64,000 nt of DNA from Eledone cirrhosa (lineage: Eukaryota): contig OZ024744.1 of NCBI GenBank assembly GCA_964016885.1, positions 59,768,001 to 59,832,000 of the forward strand, in the 5' to 3' direction. How positions within the stretch are numbered: position 1 is the first letter of the stretch; the number at the start of each line of letters is the position of its first letter. The translations under genes and the position numbers were made by a program. A model generated the notes under the pieces. The model saw only the letters and a list, made by a program, of their open reading frames with translations, was not told the DNA's origin and did not search any database. Shown here in pieces: positions 37,442 to 51,855 of this stretch.

Positions 37442-39570
37442 TTCTTTTCACCTCTCTTCAACTCTTTGGTTAAACTCGTCCTTTCCAACCATTTCTATTG
37501 CATTTATACCCATATCTTCTGCTGTATATTGCAACAATTATTCGTCACTGTTTACCAAATATTCTGCAACCGTTCTCCTTTTACTACTTAGACAATGATC
37601 CCTCTGAGTACAGAGCATTTGGAAATCCCAAATTCCATACCAATGTCACTGCTGCATATCTGAACTGTTTTAACCGGTGTGTCTATTTGGTTTCCAGACT
37701 TCCCAAACAGATTTAGTCATCCAGAAACATAAGCTGGTTTACGAATGACCCTTGCTTTCCACATTGATAGTCCAGTTATATTTTTCTGAGTGTGAGTATT
37801 ATAGGTATCAGTGCTATAACAAATAGTAACAGTGAGAATGAGTCCTCTTGGAAGACACCTCTTTTAATTGCTACCTCACCCAGAAATCATTGCTTGAAGA
37901 TAACTTGGTTCTTCACTTTGGCATGCTGTTCAGCAAAAACTTTCCGATGTTGTCAGCAATGCCTCTACAGGCATTCACCAATCCAAGAATAGGGCACCAT
38001 ATCATATGCCTTCTTAAAGTCAATCCAGACCATAGACACGTTTAAGGGATATTTCTTACAATGCCCCAAAACTGTCTTATCAATAACAAGGAGATACTTG
38101 GTACCCTGGACAGCATTCCCTTTACTTCTATCTTTCATCACAAACGTTGATCTCCCTGTAACTATCCTGGTGGGGACTGCACCTCTCTGGACACATTCAT
38201 TCAAATGTGTTGTAAGTCTTTCGTGTACTACATTGCATCTTTTCAACCAAACGTCGTGAATCCCATCTGGTCCAGAGGCTTTCCAGTTTGGTATCTTGGC
38301 TACTTGATCCTTCACATCGCCTGTGTTTATGGTAATATATTCTTGTATATTTCCTCCTCACAATTCTGTCTTGATGGTGTCTATCCACTTGGCATCCTTT
38401 CTATGACTCATACTGTTTTCCCATATCCCATTCCAGAACTCCTTGGCCTTATCAACATTAGGGATAGCGTCTTTCCTATTCCCCTTATTTCCTTCCAAAC
38501 TGCAGAAGAATTGTTTTGTATTATTTTGGGACAATCGATTTTCCTCGAATTGTTTATTTCTATTTATATATCTCTTTATCTTCTGGCTTTTCAAAAGAAT
38601 TCCCTGTTTTAGCTGTATGGAATCCATTCTTCCATATTTTATGTCTTGTCTAGTCCTTCTCAATCAGCTTTTTTTTCATTTTACTTAGACCCTGCCTTAA
38701 CCTCATTATGGCATTTTCAATACGTCTTTTCCACTATGGTTCTTTTGTCTTACTCTGCTTAATGCTCGTCAGTCCCGTTTGTTCCTCTACAAACAGTGCA
38801 ACAGCTTGGATAAGGTTCCTAGTTTGTCTTCTGTCTAGTTGTGTTGTATGACAGCATTGAAATCGTTTATTTCTATTTGTAATTGAAATTACAAGAAAAT
38901 AAATTTCAATTATCATCCTCCTATCTATCCTTCATTGGGATTATTTTGGGCCATTCATCAAATCCATGAGTTGTCTACGTAACTCAAGTGACTCATCATC
39001 CAAGTGACCTCCTTTTGCATTACCATTCTCATCCTCAGTTATACCAGGTTTCAATGAATAGCACTCCTCTTCGGCAGCCCTAACAGTCCTATCACAATTC
39101 CCTGTTCCCGCGACCCATTTTCCTCTCTACCTTCAACTGCTTTAGCTTCTGCTCTAACCTCCTTTTGTTATTCATCTGCCGGTTCCGTTAAGTGTTCACT
39201 AATCCGAGATATTTCTACCTCAGTTAACCAGCCCTTCCTCCTAATATCCCTCACTTGATTCATTAGTTCACTTTCAGACATATCAAAAATTCCAGAGTAC
39301 GTCGTCCTACTCCACGACTTCCTTCCAGCTTTGTTCTTTCATGACATTCAATCAGTGTAACATACTCTTTCTTCGTCCATTTGTGTCTATCTACGCGCAC
39401 ATTTTGTTGCTGAGGACTCCAAACATGCCTGGTGAGGGACTTTGAAAGTGATTGGTTCTACCTCATTCACACCGTTAACTATTTCATTATTGTTTTCCAT
39501 CATGATATCATGAGAGTCGTTTGTAGGGCTTTCCCCTCCTCACTTGTGTTTTTATTCTGACACAGTCTCT
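37441..39570 (-). mobile_element. Old, degenerate R4/Dong-type element (5' half and RT)
   Basis: Motifs KIPNWKASGPDGIH, WIDFKKAYDMVP and EFWNGIWE, with many stops and deletions. It abuts (CTA)n at ~37387-37440. Confidence 0.8.
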
Positions 39571-39742
39571 ATATAACCTGCCTAGCCAGGCTAAAGTTTG
39601 TCTTTATTATTATCAGCACTATCTCCACCACCACCATTACCACCATCATTATCAGTACTATCATTATTATCATCATCATTATCATTATCACTGTAACTAC
39701 CATCACTGTTACCTCCACCATTGTAATTGTGGTCATGTTGTC

Positions 39743-40238
39743 TCGTGTACGATGGATCCGGGTATCAGCTGAGTCTATTGTGAAGATTGCCCTGCCGCCT
39801 TCATTTAGCCGCAAAGTGCGGACAATTTTTATCTGCATGATGACCATGGGGTAAGAGTTCGTGTAGTAGACAAATCTAAAAGGGCTGAACACAAGCTAAT
39901 ATGGTGTCGCCCTGATTAACTTTTTCAGGTTTCATTTGAAGAGGGAAATGCTACCTTCCAAGCAGTTTGTTGAAAGATTGGCGAGCATGGCCCGAGTGAA
40001 TGGGCTTGTAGATTTAAGGTGGAGAACTGGGAGAGGGCACTTGTCCTGTGAGCTTTCTCTATGTGTGACCCTCGGAAGTCACTCCTATTAGGGAATTTAC
40101 TTTGTTCGAATTTGTTTTCTATACCCCGTTATATGAACTATTTACACGCTAAAACCCACACTTTGTTCTATCCTGTTCTGTTTGTACTGTCCTTAATGTT
40201 TTCTTCGTGTAAACCCTGCGTGACTAATAAAAAAGTCA
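39743..40238 (+). mobile_element. Degenerate Tx1 3' fragment
   Basis: IRVSAESIVKI-like start. Ends CTAATAAAAAAGTC(ATT)n. Confidence 0.75.
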
Positions 40239-40247
40239 TTATTATTA

Positions 40248-40432
40248 TTTGTGGATTGGCAGTATCGGTAGCGGGTCGAACGCCATGCTTTGACTCATAG
40301 AGTTACGGCCCTGCCATTCTGAGTTCAAATCCCGCCAAGGTTAACTTTGCCTTTCATCCTTACGGGGTCGATAAAGTAAAGTACCAGTAATGTACTGGCA
40401 ATTGCTGGCCTTGTGCCAAAAGTAGAAACAAT
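40248..40432 (+). mobile_element. tRNA-derived SINE
   Basis: A and B boxes, conserved core and (TTA)n tail. Confidence 0.88.
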
Positions 40433-41082
40433 TATTATTATTAATATTGTTGGAGCAAGAGAACTACATAAGCAATATATAATATTTCGTAAGACACACA
40501 CTCTAAGCCTACCAGAAAAAATAACATTATTATATATAAATTAATTGGGCCTGCCCAAGAGGAGTAATTTTCTGTAGAGTAAAATGTCTCAAAGTATAAG
40601 AGAGAGACCCTCCTTCTCACCTAAAAGAATATGTGTTTAATTGATGTTTTAAAAGGGAATTAATTTAAAACTCATAAAAATTCCGATTTTTTGTTTATTT
40701 AAGAATATTCAAATTTTCCAGTAACAATATTTCCTGTTATCTTAAATTACACAAACAAAATAGAAGATGTAATAATCAAATTTAAGCTAACAAATATGTA
40801 ATAGACATGCTAAGAGGTGCTATCTACGTATGTTTGGTGCATTGTAATTTTTTTTTATTTTCAAGATTTGGTTCTATGTTAATATAACTATTCAGACTCC
40901 ACATGGTGGCTTTACAGTCACAGAATGATTTAACAAAACTGAAACTTATGTGTAGGTATAGAATGTTGGACGTGTTGCATATTGAACGTTGCACTGTTGA
41001 ATGGCATAGTTCAATGGTAATAAAATATAGAAACGAGTGTAAAATCAATCTAATTTTTCATCTTGTTTTGTCATCATAATAT

Positions 41083-41275
41083 TGGGTTCTGATTTAGGCA
41101 CAAGGTCAACAAGTTTTGGGAATGGGAAAGTCGATTAAATCGACGCCAGTGTATTACTGGTGCTTTATTTTATCGACCCCGTAAGGATGAAAGGCAAAGC
41201 TAACCTCGGCTGGATTTGAACTCAGATCGCAAAGGGCTGCAACTCTATGCTGCAAAGCATGTTGCCCGACGCTGT
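41083..41275 (-). mobile_element. tRNA-derived SINE
   Basis: Same conserved core on the minus strand. Confidence 0.8.
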
Positions 41276-41479
41276 CATAATATAGTAGCTTCTTAATTGT
41301 ATTTAATTATTAAATATTATAATAAATTATCTACAATTAACTATTATACACGTTTTCATATCACAATATATAAGTACATTATAGATAATGGCTAGTAGAT
41401 TAATCCATATTAGCCGATAATTCTAGGTCGATTAATCGGTAATATGCAATCGACAAATTTGCTTATCAGTAACATACGT

Positions 41480-41615
41480 GGGTTTTCTGCCTACCAAATT
41501 TCACTCACAAAGCTTTAGTTAGCCTGAGGCGATAATGGGAAACCCTTGCCCAAGGTGTTACGCAGTAGGACTGAATCAGAAGCCATGTGGTTGCGAAGCA
41601 AAACCTTCAATTTGG
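41480..41615 (-). mobile_element. CORE-type SINE fragment
   Basis: CTTGCCCAAGGTG CORE-like motif next to a reversed B-box. Followed by (CA)n at 41630-41820. Confidence 0.55.
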
Positions 41616-41616
41616 C

Positions 41617-41827
<211 letters not shown>

Positions 41828-41932
41828 TTACACCTATAACTGTGTGTATGTAAACGTGTATACGTATGTGTGCGTGTGCTTATATATATATATATATTTA
41901 AAAGAATAGAGGTGTAACACACGAGTTGTGAT

Positions 41933-42515
41933 ATATTAGTAAAAGGAAAAGAAAATGCTGACAAATTGTTCCCAGTGAAAATTAGTTTAATTAGGAATAA
42001 GTAAAAATTAGTAATAAGTATTGGTTAGTATTCAGTTTTAGTTTTAAGTTTTACCGGTTGCGCATTTCTAATGCTTTTCAATAATAATTTTGAGATAGAG
42101 CGCCCGTGATGTTTGCTCTAATCTGATTAGTTTTGGAAATTCTACCTGTTTTATGTGAAAAAAGTGGCTCCAGAGGTATTAAGATTTGGTTGGTTGTTGA
42201 ATGTCACGTGAATAAGTACTATAGTTTCGCGCCAATTCGTGTTGCAAAAATTCTTGTAGTCAAAACAATTTTGATTGGTTGGTAGAGGTCACGTGATTGT
42301 TAAAAATTGATTTTGCGCCAAATGTAGGTTTGCTGAAGAGTGTCCTTTTTCGCCTGATTGAGAAGTCACTGAAAAATAAGTCTTTTAAGACAAATATGTG
42401 TGTGTGTGTGTGTGTGTAGTAAAGAGGTTCATTGTTGTGATAATGGTCAGTAGGGATGTGTGTGTGAATTGCAGTCATGTTGAAAGGTCAACAGTTCAGG
42501 TGTCTATTAAGACAA

Positions 42516-42569
<54 letters not shown>

Positions 42570-44558
42570 CAGAGTTATTCGTGGTAGAGGGATTCGGTCA
42601 GTAGGAATGTGTCTGTACGTGTGTGGGGGATATTTTAACATGTCTTATACGGAGAACTGTGTGTGTGTATATGTCTGTTTGTATGTTAGTGTACGCGTGT
42701 GTATGTGTGTGTGTATATGTGTGTATGTGTGTGTGGGAGGACCAGTTTTTTGTGATACTGGTAAAAATGGTGTATATTATTCGATATTTTCAGTAATTTG
42801 CAAAAACGATTCTCTCAAAAGAACATCAAAAACATTAATAATAAAAGGGGTGAAATGATATATAGTATTGTCATAACACCAAGATGTGTGTGAGTGTCCA
42901 GATTCTACGTACTGCAAGGGGAATCCATTCCATTAGGCCCTGCCGTATGGGAATACTTGTGTACAAATATGTATGTGCCCATCACTGTGCAATGCATATG
43001 TGCGTCTATGTATGTGTGTGTGTCGGCACGTTTATAACTATAGACATCAAAACGTATGCAAATTTGTGAATATTTGTGTTACACCATAGAACATGTGTGT
43101 TTACGTATGTCATTGTGTTTATATGTGGATAGAGATGTATGTAGGATGTATGCTGATGTAGGTATGTATGTTGACGTGTGTATGTTGTGGTTTCATCTTA
43201 GGAAGAAGTGTTTAGACGGGGGTCCGCATTTGTTAATAAAGTGAGATTCCTTGCTGATGCGCTGGGTGTGGGTGGCATTATCTTTAAATTTGTAGAGGGG
43301 AAAGATTCTAAAGTTGGGATGATTTTGGACGGCACAGGTATCAATGTGTTCACTCAGTGGTATTTTCCTGTATTCCCGTATTTTAATTTGGGATCTATGG
43401 ACAGTCATGCGTTGGCGGAGGCTGTTTTTGGTCTGGCCTATGTATTGTTCTCGACAATCTGAGCAAGTTAATACATATATTAGGTTTTCTGATGCGCATG
43501 TGAAATTGTGTTTTACTATAAAACGTTGTCCTTCTTTGAAATAGAATTCCGAACCCTCTATTAGGTTGATGCATATGCCACAGTTGGGTCTATCGTATTT
43601 TTTTACTGTGGGTTTCGTTGTTGTGGTTGGCAGTACTTTGGCATGTGTTAGGATGTTTTTCATTGACTTAGATTGTCTTCTGCTCTTTATGATATCGTGT
43701 GTTCGAAGGATTTGGTTCATTCTATGGTCCTTTTTTAACACAGGGATGTTCTGAAGGATGGTGTCAAAGGTCTCATTGTTGAGGGGGTTCTGTGTGGAGA
43801 TGTATGGAATAGCTTTTAGTTTCGGTTGATTTACTCCTGGGTACTGAGTTTTAGGGCACGTTGGATTCCATTGTCAATTAGTGATGCAGGGTAGTCCCTG
43901 CCTATGAGTGTGTCCTTTAGTTCTTGTAGCCGTAAGTAACAGGTGTTTTTATTGGAGACTATAGTACAGATTCTCTTGGCTAAGCTGTAGAGAATATTAA
44001 TTTTAACGTGTCTAGGGTGGCAAGAGTTGAAAGGAAGATATTGCTTGGAGTCTGTGGGCTTATCCCTACTAACCATTATCACAACAATGAACACACATAT
44101 TTGTCTTAAAAGACTTATTTTTCAGTGACTTCTCAATCAGGCGAAAAAAGACACTCTTCCACAAACCTTCATTTGGCGCATAATCAATTTTTAACATGAC
44201 CTCTACCGACCAATCAAAATTGTTTTGACTACAAGAATTTTTGCAACACGAATTGGCGCGAAACTTATAGTACTCATTCACGTGACATTCAACAACCAAC
44301 CAAATCTTAATACCTCTGGAGCCACTTTTTTCACATAAAACAGGTAGAATTTCCAAAACTGATCAGATTAGAGCAAACATCACGGGCGCTCTATCTCAAA
44401 ATTATTTTTGAAAAGCATTAGAAATGCGCAACAGGTAAAAACTTAAAACTAAAACTGAATACTAACCAATACTTATTACTAATTTATACTTATTCCTAAT
44501 TAAACTATTTTTCACTGGGAACAATTTGTCAGCATTTTCTTTTTTATTTACTAATATA
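41933..44558 (-). mobile_element. 5'-truncated Penelope-like element with inverted pseudo-LTR
   Basis: 41933-42458 is an inverted copy of 44063-44558. The interior encodes an RT thumb (KPTDSKQYLPFNSCHPRH) and a GIY-YIG domain. TA-rich flanks. Confidence 0.88.
43193..43741 (-). pseudogene. Penelope GIY-YIG endonuclease domain
   Basis: NCGIC linker, then FTCASENLIYVLTCSDCREQYIGQT...LRQRM..H and a downstream E. Confidence 0.88.
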
Positions 44559-44994
44559 TATATATATATATAAAATATCAATAAGAAAATAAAAATAAAA
44601 TAAAAGTGCACTTGTTCACCACTACAGGAACTGTGTGTGGTAGAAGGAAGGTGGAGTAGGATGTTAATGAAACAACATTTATAGGGTTAGTGTATGTATA
44701 TAAATATACTAGCACGCACACTTTTACACATACACACAGGCTGTCGGATATATAAATATTTATATAAGCAAATATAGACAAAAAAAGCATGTGTACCTGT
44801 GTGGAAATATATATATACAAATACATGTGTGCGCGGAGTATCTGCACACACACACACACATACACACATATATTTATATATATATATATATAAATGAAAG
44901 TATAGAAATTATTGTGAGCGTGAAGCCAACAGTATTATATATATATATATATATATATGTATGCATGTATGTATGTGTGTATGTATATATGTAT

Positions 44995-47900
44995 GTTCTT
45001 CTGGTTTTATAATTTCACAAAGTTTTACCAATAGAGAGAGAGCCGGTTTCTAACATAGACACAAGACTCTCTCATTGGAATTTACACATCAACTAGGTAG
45101 ATATGTTTGTATGCATGCATGTGTAGATATGGATGTTATTGTATGTGTGGATGTGTATGTTTTGAGTTGTATGTGTGCATGTGTATATGCTTTGTATCTG
45201 TACATGTGTATATGCAGTTATTAGATGAAACATTTTTGGAATGTTTTACATATTTTTACTGTTCCATTAATGGATTGTACTTGTAGTTTCCTAACTAGTT
45301 GTGTTCTTTCTGTTCCTGTGAAGCCCAGCTTCTCAAGATTTGTATTGAGGCAGTTACTAACATACCCCAGTGCCCCAATAATCACAGGTATAAATCTGAA
45401 GGTGTAATCAGTGTGGAGTATCTACAGATTTCTCATCAGTTCTGCATAAATATTCTCCTTTTCACTAATTTTTGATATTATATTGGCATCTTCTGGACAG
45501 CTAACTTCCACTACTGTTCATGCATTCTTTTCCTTGTCCCATATCATAAAATCTGGTCTGTTATGCCTGCATTTTAATGGGGTTTTTACTGGAACATTCC
45601 TGCAGTACTTTTTCATATTATGTTCGTGGATGGCACAGCAAACACATTGTGAGCCACTGTTTTGTTTCTTAATCGGGTGTAGTATTCCCTGGTTACGCGT
45701 TCCTTATTACAGATACCATTATAGGATATGTTCTCATCTATTCCCTGGTATCTGTAGCAGTTAAGCCATTGATGACAATGTTGCTAGATTGGGTTGTTGT
45801 TTTCCCCCGCTTTACAGTCATGTATGAGCATTTATCTTGACCAAACTCCATTCCTAAATCCTTTGAGAACGTTGTAACCAGGTCAAGATTTTTCTTCATC
45901 CCATCCATGTTCTTGGCATAGAGTTCCAGATCGTCCACAAAGAAATTATGGGTTAGGTTCGTATTTCTGTCCTCCTGTGAGCCAATGATGTATCCATCAC
46001 ATTTCTTGAGCAGAAAGGACAAGGTGTTTAATGACAAGATGAATAATATCACAAAGAGACTGTCCCCCTGAAATATACCTCTGCGATATTTTATTTTTTC
46101 AGTGAAAATAGAGTCCTCCCTCCCTGTCTTTAACCTTAGGATAGTAGCCCAAGAAGAAGACAGCCTTTCTATGGCTCTGACAATAATGTCTGGGACTTTA
46201 GCAAGTTGGAGGGCCTATATCACCCAAGAGTGGGGAACAGAATCGAAAGCTTTCCTGTAGTCTAGCCAGACTGTAGCCATATTCCTCCTAAGTTGTTGCA
46301 CCTCCGACATCGCAGTTTTGTTGATTAGGAGTTGTTCAGCACATCCCCAAACCCCTTTCTTTCCAACTGCTTGTTCATCTGTGATGATGTTATTATTTTC
46401 ACAGTGTTCTTGGAGGAATAGGTTCAGGCAGGATGTATACATCCTATACATCAGGTTCTGGCATGCAATGGGTCGTTAGATTTTTGCCAAGTGGGTGTCT
46501 TTGTTCTTGGGGACCAGTAATGTTTGTGCTAATGTCAACCATTCTGGTATAAGTGTATCTCCCTTAAGAACTTGTTGGTAGAGGTCAGTAAGATACCTCC
46601 GACAATCATGTCTCTTCCTGGTGCTTTCTTATCTTGGAGTTTTTCTATCACAGTCTCAAGGGTACCCTCATTTATTTCGTATGTTTTTGTTGTAGTGTAG
46701 GTTTTGGGATTTCTCTTAGCCCCACTGCATCTTGGTTGAAATTCTTCTTTCCACCCCATATTTTGCTCCAAAAGGAATCTATGTCTTTCTGGGATGGGGC
46801 CTCAGTGACACTTATTACTTTGCCCTTCATATCTCTATAGACTGATGTTTGGTTTCGTCTGAATCTTTTATTAAGCACTTTTCTCTCATCTACCTTCTTC
46901 AGGTATCGGCGTTTTTCGCTAACAGCCCTCAATTCTTGTTTGAGGGTGATCAGCTTATATTGGAGAGTTCTGGTTTTACTGTTACCAAACATTGTCTCTA
47001 TTTTATTTTTCACTCGTTGTTGGTGAGGAGTGAGGTTTGTTTGTGTTTGTTTGCATGTAAGGATCATTGTCACATATCCTATGGTTTTTCGTAGGTCAGC
47101 AATTTTTTTTTCTATTTTAGTTATATGTGATGGTATTTTTGGTGGTGCTTTGTTCTTATTAATATCTCTGCTATCACCAAGATAGTGCTTCACTGTTGTT
47201 GCTAGGGCATATAAACAGGCGTTGATTTGCCAAAATGTTGGGGTTTCTATCCGTCGTAAATATTCATCCCCTATTTCGTCAATAACACGTAATATTTCAT
47301 TATTTGGTTTTTTATTAAACATTGTCGTTTTAATACGTTCAGCAAGAAAGATATTTATACATGAGTTAATTTCTCTCTGGAAGATTTCGTTTGGGGGAAA
47401 TTTCAATTGTTTATACTTTTGATTATCATTATCGATAGTATTTTCCACAACAGTCGAGGTAGACTCGGATGGTACACGTGGTGTCAAATTTCTTCGATTA
47501 TTATTATTATTTCTTCGATTATTATTATTATCGATACTGTTTTCCCCAGCATTCGAGGTAGACTTAGATGGTACAGGTAGTGTCAAGTTTCTTACAGGCA
47601 TAGTTGTTTCAAGGCGTTGTTCGACCTGGCTGCTAGGAAGTCTAGTAGCATGGCGACCTGTAGCACGTGTTGTTGATCCCATGTTCGTTGTGGGGGACTT
47701 ACAATTAATAATATTTAACTTATTTTTACGTTCAACAAACGTCGCTTGTTGGCGTAATTGTTTCGCTGTGAAATAATTTAGCTCTGGGTGCATTTCTTCC
47801 GAGTGTAGCTTCATTCTGTTCACATAGCCAATGGAGGGATTGTTTTTTGGCCATTTTATAACAATTAAATAAATCATTATTAAGTTCGCAACTCCTAGAG

Positions 47901-48229
47901 AAATGCGATTTATAATTTAGGTTTCTTCTGTAGCTACAACTGAATAAAGTTTGTTTACCTTTCTTGTTGTTTGTCTTCGATAATTCCTTAATTTTGTTGT
48001 TGATGTTGTGTTCAGCCATGCTGTTTGTAGTAAATCCTTGTAAAATGAATTATGTATTTAGTCGGATATCTCTACGAATTCGAATAAAAGGTGTCTTCAG
48101 AAGGGATAGTTAGAAGAATAACCAGTTATTCAACATGACTGTAGTTGTGGCATTACTGTCGGAGATAGTATTCATCTTAAATTTAATAAATAGTCTCCCA
48201 CGCCAAAATATGCGACTGATCGCGTTGAC
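44995..48229 (-). mobile_element. R4/Dong-type TACA family B copy retaining 5'UTR and ATG (48019), with frameshifts and internal deletions
   Basis: Motifs GYVNRMK, TAKQLRQQA, KAPGRD, WLDYRKAFD, FFVDD and RPDF. (TACA)n lies at both ends. Confidence 0.9.
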
Positions 48230-48480
48230 TGTATGTATGTATGTATGTATGTATGTATGTATGTATGTATGTATGTATGTATGTATGTATGTATGTATGT
48301 ATGTATGTATGTATGTGTATTTTATCTTCAACCCATGAAGCTGTCTCTCATCTCTAACCCTATCGTTACACCACCCCACACTCATTACACACACCTTATT
48401 CCGACCATTTCTTATCTTTGTTACTTTCTCGCGTCATATGTAAAAGCGCCTAGTTTCTTTGACAAACAAAAATATAGTGG

Positions 48481-48630
48481 GGGAGGAGGAGGAGGAGGAG
48501 GAGGAGGAGGAGGAGGAGGAGAAGGAGGAGGAGAGGAGGAGGAGAAGAAGAAGAAGAAGAAGAAGAAGAAGAAGAAGAAGAAGAAGAAGAAGAAGAAGAA
48601 GAAGAAGAAGAAGAAGAAAAAGAAGAAGAA
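48481..48630. repeat. (GGA)n(GAA)n polypurine microsatellite
   Basis: Direct reading. Confidence 0.95.
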
Positions 48631-48854
48631 GGGGTGTATTGCTGATCATAATAATTTGATAACTTGTAGACAGATCAGCTGCCTACTTTGAAGTGTTCAC
48701 TGGTGTTCACTGGTGTTTACTGGTGTTCACGGATGCAGCTATATGCATAAATAAACACGTTGACCACAAGGGCTGAATTAAAAGGAACTTGGAACCCTAT
48801 GCTAGACAACATTTGGAAGCCTCAGTAGCTTCTCAAAATCAAAAGCACATGAAT

Positions 48855-49055
48855 GTAGACAAACACATAGATGGATGGTAGACTAACACATAGATGGATG
48901 GTAGACTAACACATAGATGGATGGTAGACTAACACATAGATGGATGGTAGACTAACACATAGATGGATGGTAGACTAACACATAGATGGATGGTAGACTA
49001 ACACACAGATGGGTGGTAGACTAACACATAGATGGATGGTAGACTAACACATAGA
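48855..49055. repeat. 23-bp minisatellite, ~8.7 copies
   Basis: Unit GTAGACTAACACATAGATGGATG. Confidence 0.92.
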
Positions 49056-49496
49056 TCGTTGCTGAGATTGCTGTATCGATACATGTTGATCTCAAACAGA
49101 AGCGACACCAAAAGAGAGAACCTGATCAAAGCAATTAGAGGCGCGAGGCCAGCCAACATTTGCACACCACCCCCAGCACCTACTTACAAAAGAAATATTA
49201 ATAAAAATTAAAAGTACATAAATATACTGAGATTCCAGCATCAATATATACCGATCTCATTGGTATACTTTTAATATACTATGATTTTTTCAGCACGCTG
49301 TGTATATGTGTGTGTACGTATGTGTATGTACATGTACATCTATATATATGTATGAGTATATAAATATAAATTCCAAACACAGACACACTCATCTCTAATG
49401 TGTGATGTCATCACCCCTTCCTTTCTCAGTCATGTCTAGTGTTTGACGGAAGGACGGACGGAAGTCGCTTAAATTTACATATAGATGTTCAGATTT

Positions 49497-49712
49497 AGGG
49501 CGGTTGATTGGCAGTATCTGTAGAGCGTCGGACACCATGTTTAGCGACATATATTTATGGGCCTTTACTTTCTGAGTTCAACCGCCGAGGTTAACTTTGC
49601 CTTTCATCCTTTCGAGGTTGATAAAATAAAGTACCAGTAAGGCACTGGGTTCGATGTAATCGACTTTCTCCGCCCGAAAAATTGCTGGCCTTGGCCTAAA
49701 TCAGAAACCAAT
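49497..49712 (+). mobile_element. tRNA-derived SINE
   Basis: A and B boxes plus the conserved core. Confidence 0.85.
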
Positions 49713-50125
49713 ATATGTTCAGATATGTATGAGACCCGTGCTTACTTCATATATAAATTTCGTTTTGCTGATCACATGGTGATATGCACTACATCGTAGA
49801 AGCCACTACGGATCCCCCCGCCTCCTGGTGGTGGGAAGGCAGGAAATATTAAGGGGAGCAAAGAATTGAACGGTTACTACAGTGCTCAGAGTGACAAGGT
49901 AATTTCTTCAGTTCAACATGCATGTACGTAGCACCACAAATATTGTAACGTAGAATAGAAAAGCTCTCTGTGAGCATGCGTGACTGCATGTATAAGTGTG
50001 TCTGTATAGAAATACCCCCCCCCCCCCCCCATACACATACACATACGCATCCATGTATATCCATACATATATACATATGCAAACATATATACATATAATT
50101 ATATACATACACATAGATAGATAGA

Positions 50126-50821
50126 TAGCCCCGACAATGAACATATTAAAAGTTACAGCAATGTGGAAGACATACACATGCATAATATGAAAGAGTACTG
50201 GTGGAATGTTCCAGTCAAAACCCCCCAAAAATGCCGGCATAACAGACCAGATTTTATGATATGGGACAGGGAAAAGAAGGCATGCACAGTGGTGGAAGTT
50301 AGCTGCCCAGCAGATGCCAATATAATATCAAAGATTAGCGAAAAGGAGAATATCTATGCATAACTAATAAGAAATCTGCAGATACTCCACCCTGACTATA
50401 CCTTCAGATTTATACCTGTGATTATTGGGGCACTGGGGTATGTTAGTAACTGCCTCAATACAAATCTTGAGAAGCTAGGCTTCACAGGAACAGAAAGAAC
50501 ACAACTAGTTAGGAAATTACAAGTACAATCCATTAATGGAACAGTAAAAATATGTAAAACATTCCAAAATTGCTGTATCTAATAACTGCATATACACATG
50601 TACAGATACAAAACATATACACATGCACACACACAACTCAAAACATACACATCCACACATACAATAACATCCATATCTACACACACACATGCATGCAGAC
50701 ATGCAGACATAATCTACCTTGTTGTTGTTGTATAAATTTCAATGAGCGAGTCTTGTGTCTATGTTAGAAACCGACTCTCTCTCTATTGGCAAAAATTTGT
50801 GAAATTATAAAACCAGAAGAA
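50126..50821 (+). mobile_element. R4/Dong TACA family B 3' fragment (RLE plus 3'UTR)
   Basis: EYWWN, RHNRPDF, VEVSCP. Followed by (TACA)n. Confidence 0.88.
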
Positions 50822-51855
50822 CATACATGCATACATACATACATACATACATACATACATACATACATACATACATACATACATACATACATACATACAT
50901 ACATACATACATACATACACACACACACGTGACCTACTCTCCTACAAAATTTGAAGAACGTAACTGTTTTTGCACTTGACATCATTCGATCGTGTCTGGC
51001 ACGTGAATCTCTCAGTAAAATCTCCCCCTCCCTTCACGCATGAACTCCACCTGTCTCTCTCATCTTTTGGATCATTGGCTTCTGTCAAATCGCACAATTT
51101 TGTTGTGAGTTGATGAAAATCTCTGACCCATACTCTATCAACTGAAGTGCATCCAGCTAATGGTACTCCCCTCTCACCCTCACCCATCTCTCTCTCTCCC
51201 CCCCCCCCCCCCTCTCTCTCTCTCTCTCTCTTGTGTGCTACAAGGGTGGTTTCTGATGTCCGCATCTTTAGTTTATACACCAATGGTCTACAGTAAAGTG
51301 GCCATCACCTCCAACGGCGTCTACTTCGATGAAATATATGACGCCAATATACTTAGTTTTGATTTTCGCGCAACACATCTGGGGGCTACTTAATTTATGC
51401 ATGTTGGTCCTTAGAATATTACACACACATACACACACACACACACACGCACACACACACTCACACGTACGTGCACACACATACACACACACACATAAAC
51501 AAACACACACACACACATATATATATATATGTATACACACACATACACACATATATATATATATATGTGTACACACATGCACACATACATACACACACAC
51601 ATACATACATATACATACAAACATACACACACATACCGACATACATACATGCATTAATATATGCATTAATACCTACCTACATACATACACACATGCATAT
51701 ATATATACATTACATACATACTTTAATACATACATACATACATACATACATACATACATACATACATACTTTAATACATACATACATACATACATACATA
51801 CATACATACATACATACATACATACATACATACATACATACATACATACATACAT

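Noticed and set aside
37387-37445. (CTA)n next to an R4 element as evidence of Rex6-like targeting
   Set aside because: The element is broken before its RLE and 3'UTR, so the repeat is not at a true terminus; single observation.
42215-42240. GAAACUAUAGUA hammerhead 3' half in the Penelope pLTR (minus strand)
   Set aside because: No matching CUGANGA half and no stem I found upstream.
51329-51855. His/Thr/Tyr/Ile-rich N-terminus of the 1338-aa ORF
   Set aside because: It is translation of (CA)n/(TACA)n microsatellite that happens to be in frame with the truncated retrotransposon ORF. The same applies to 56942-57212.
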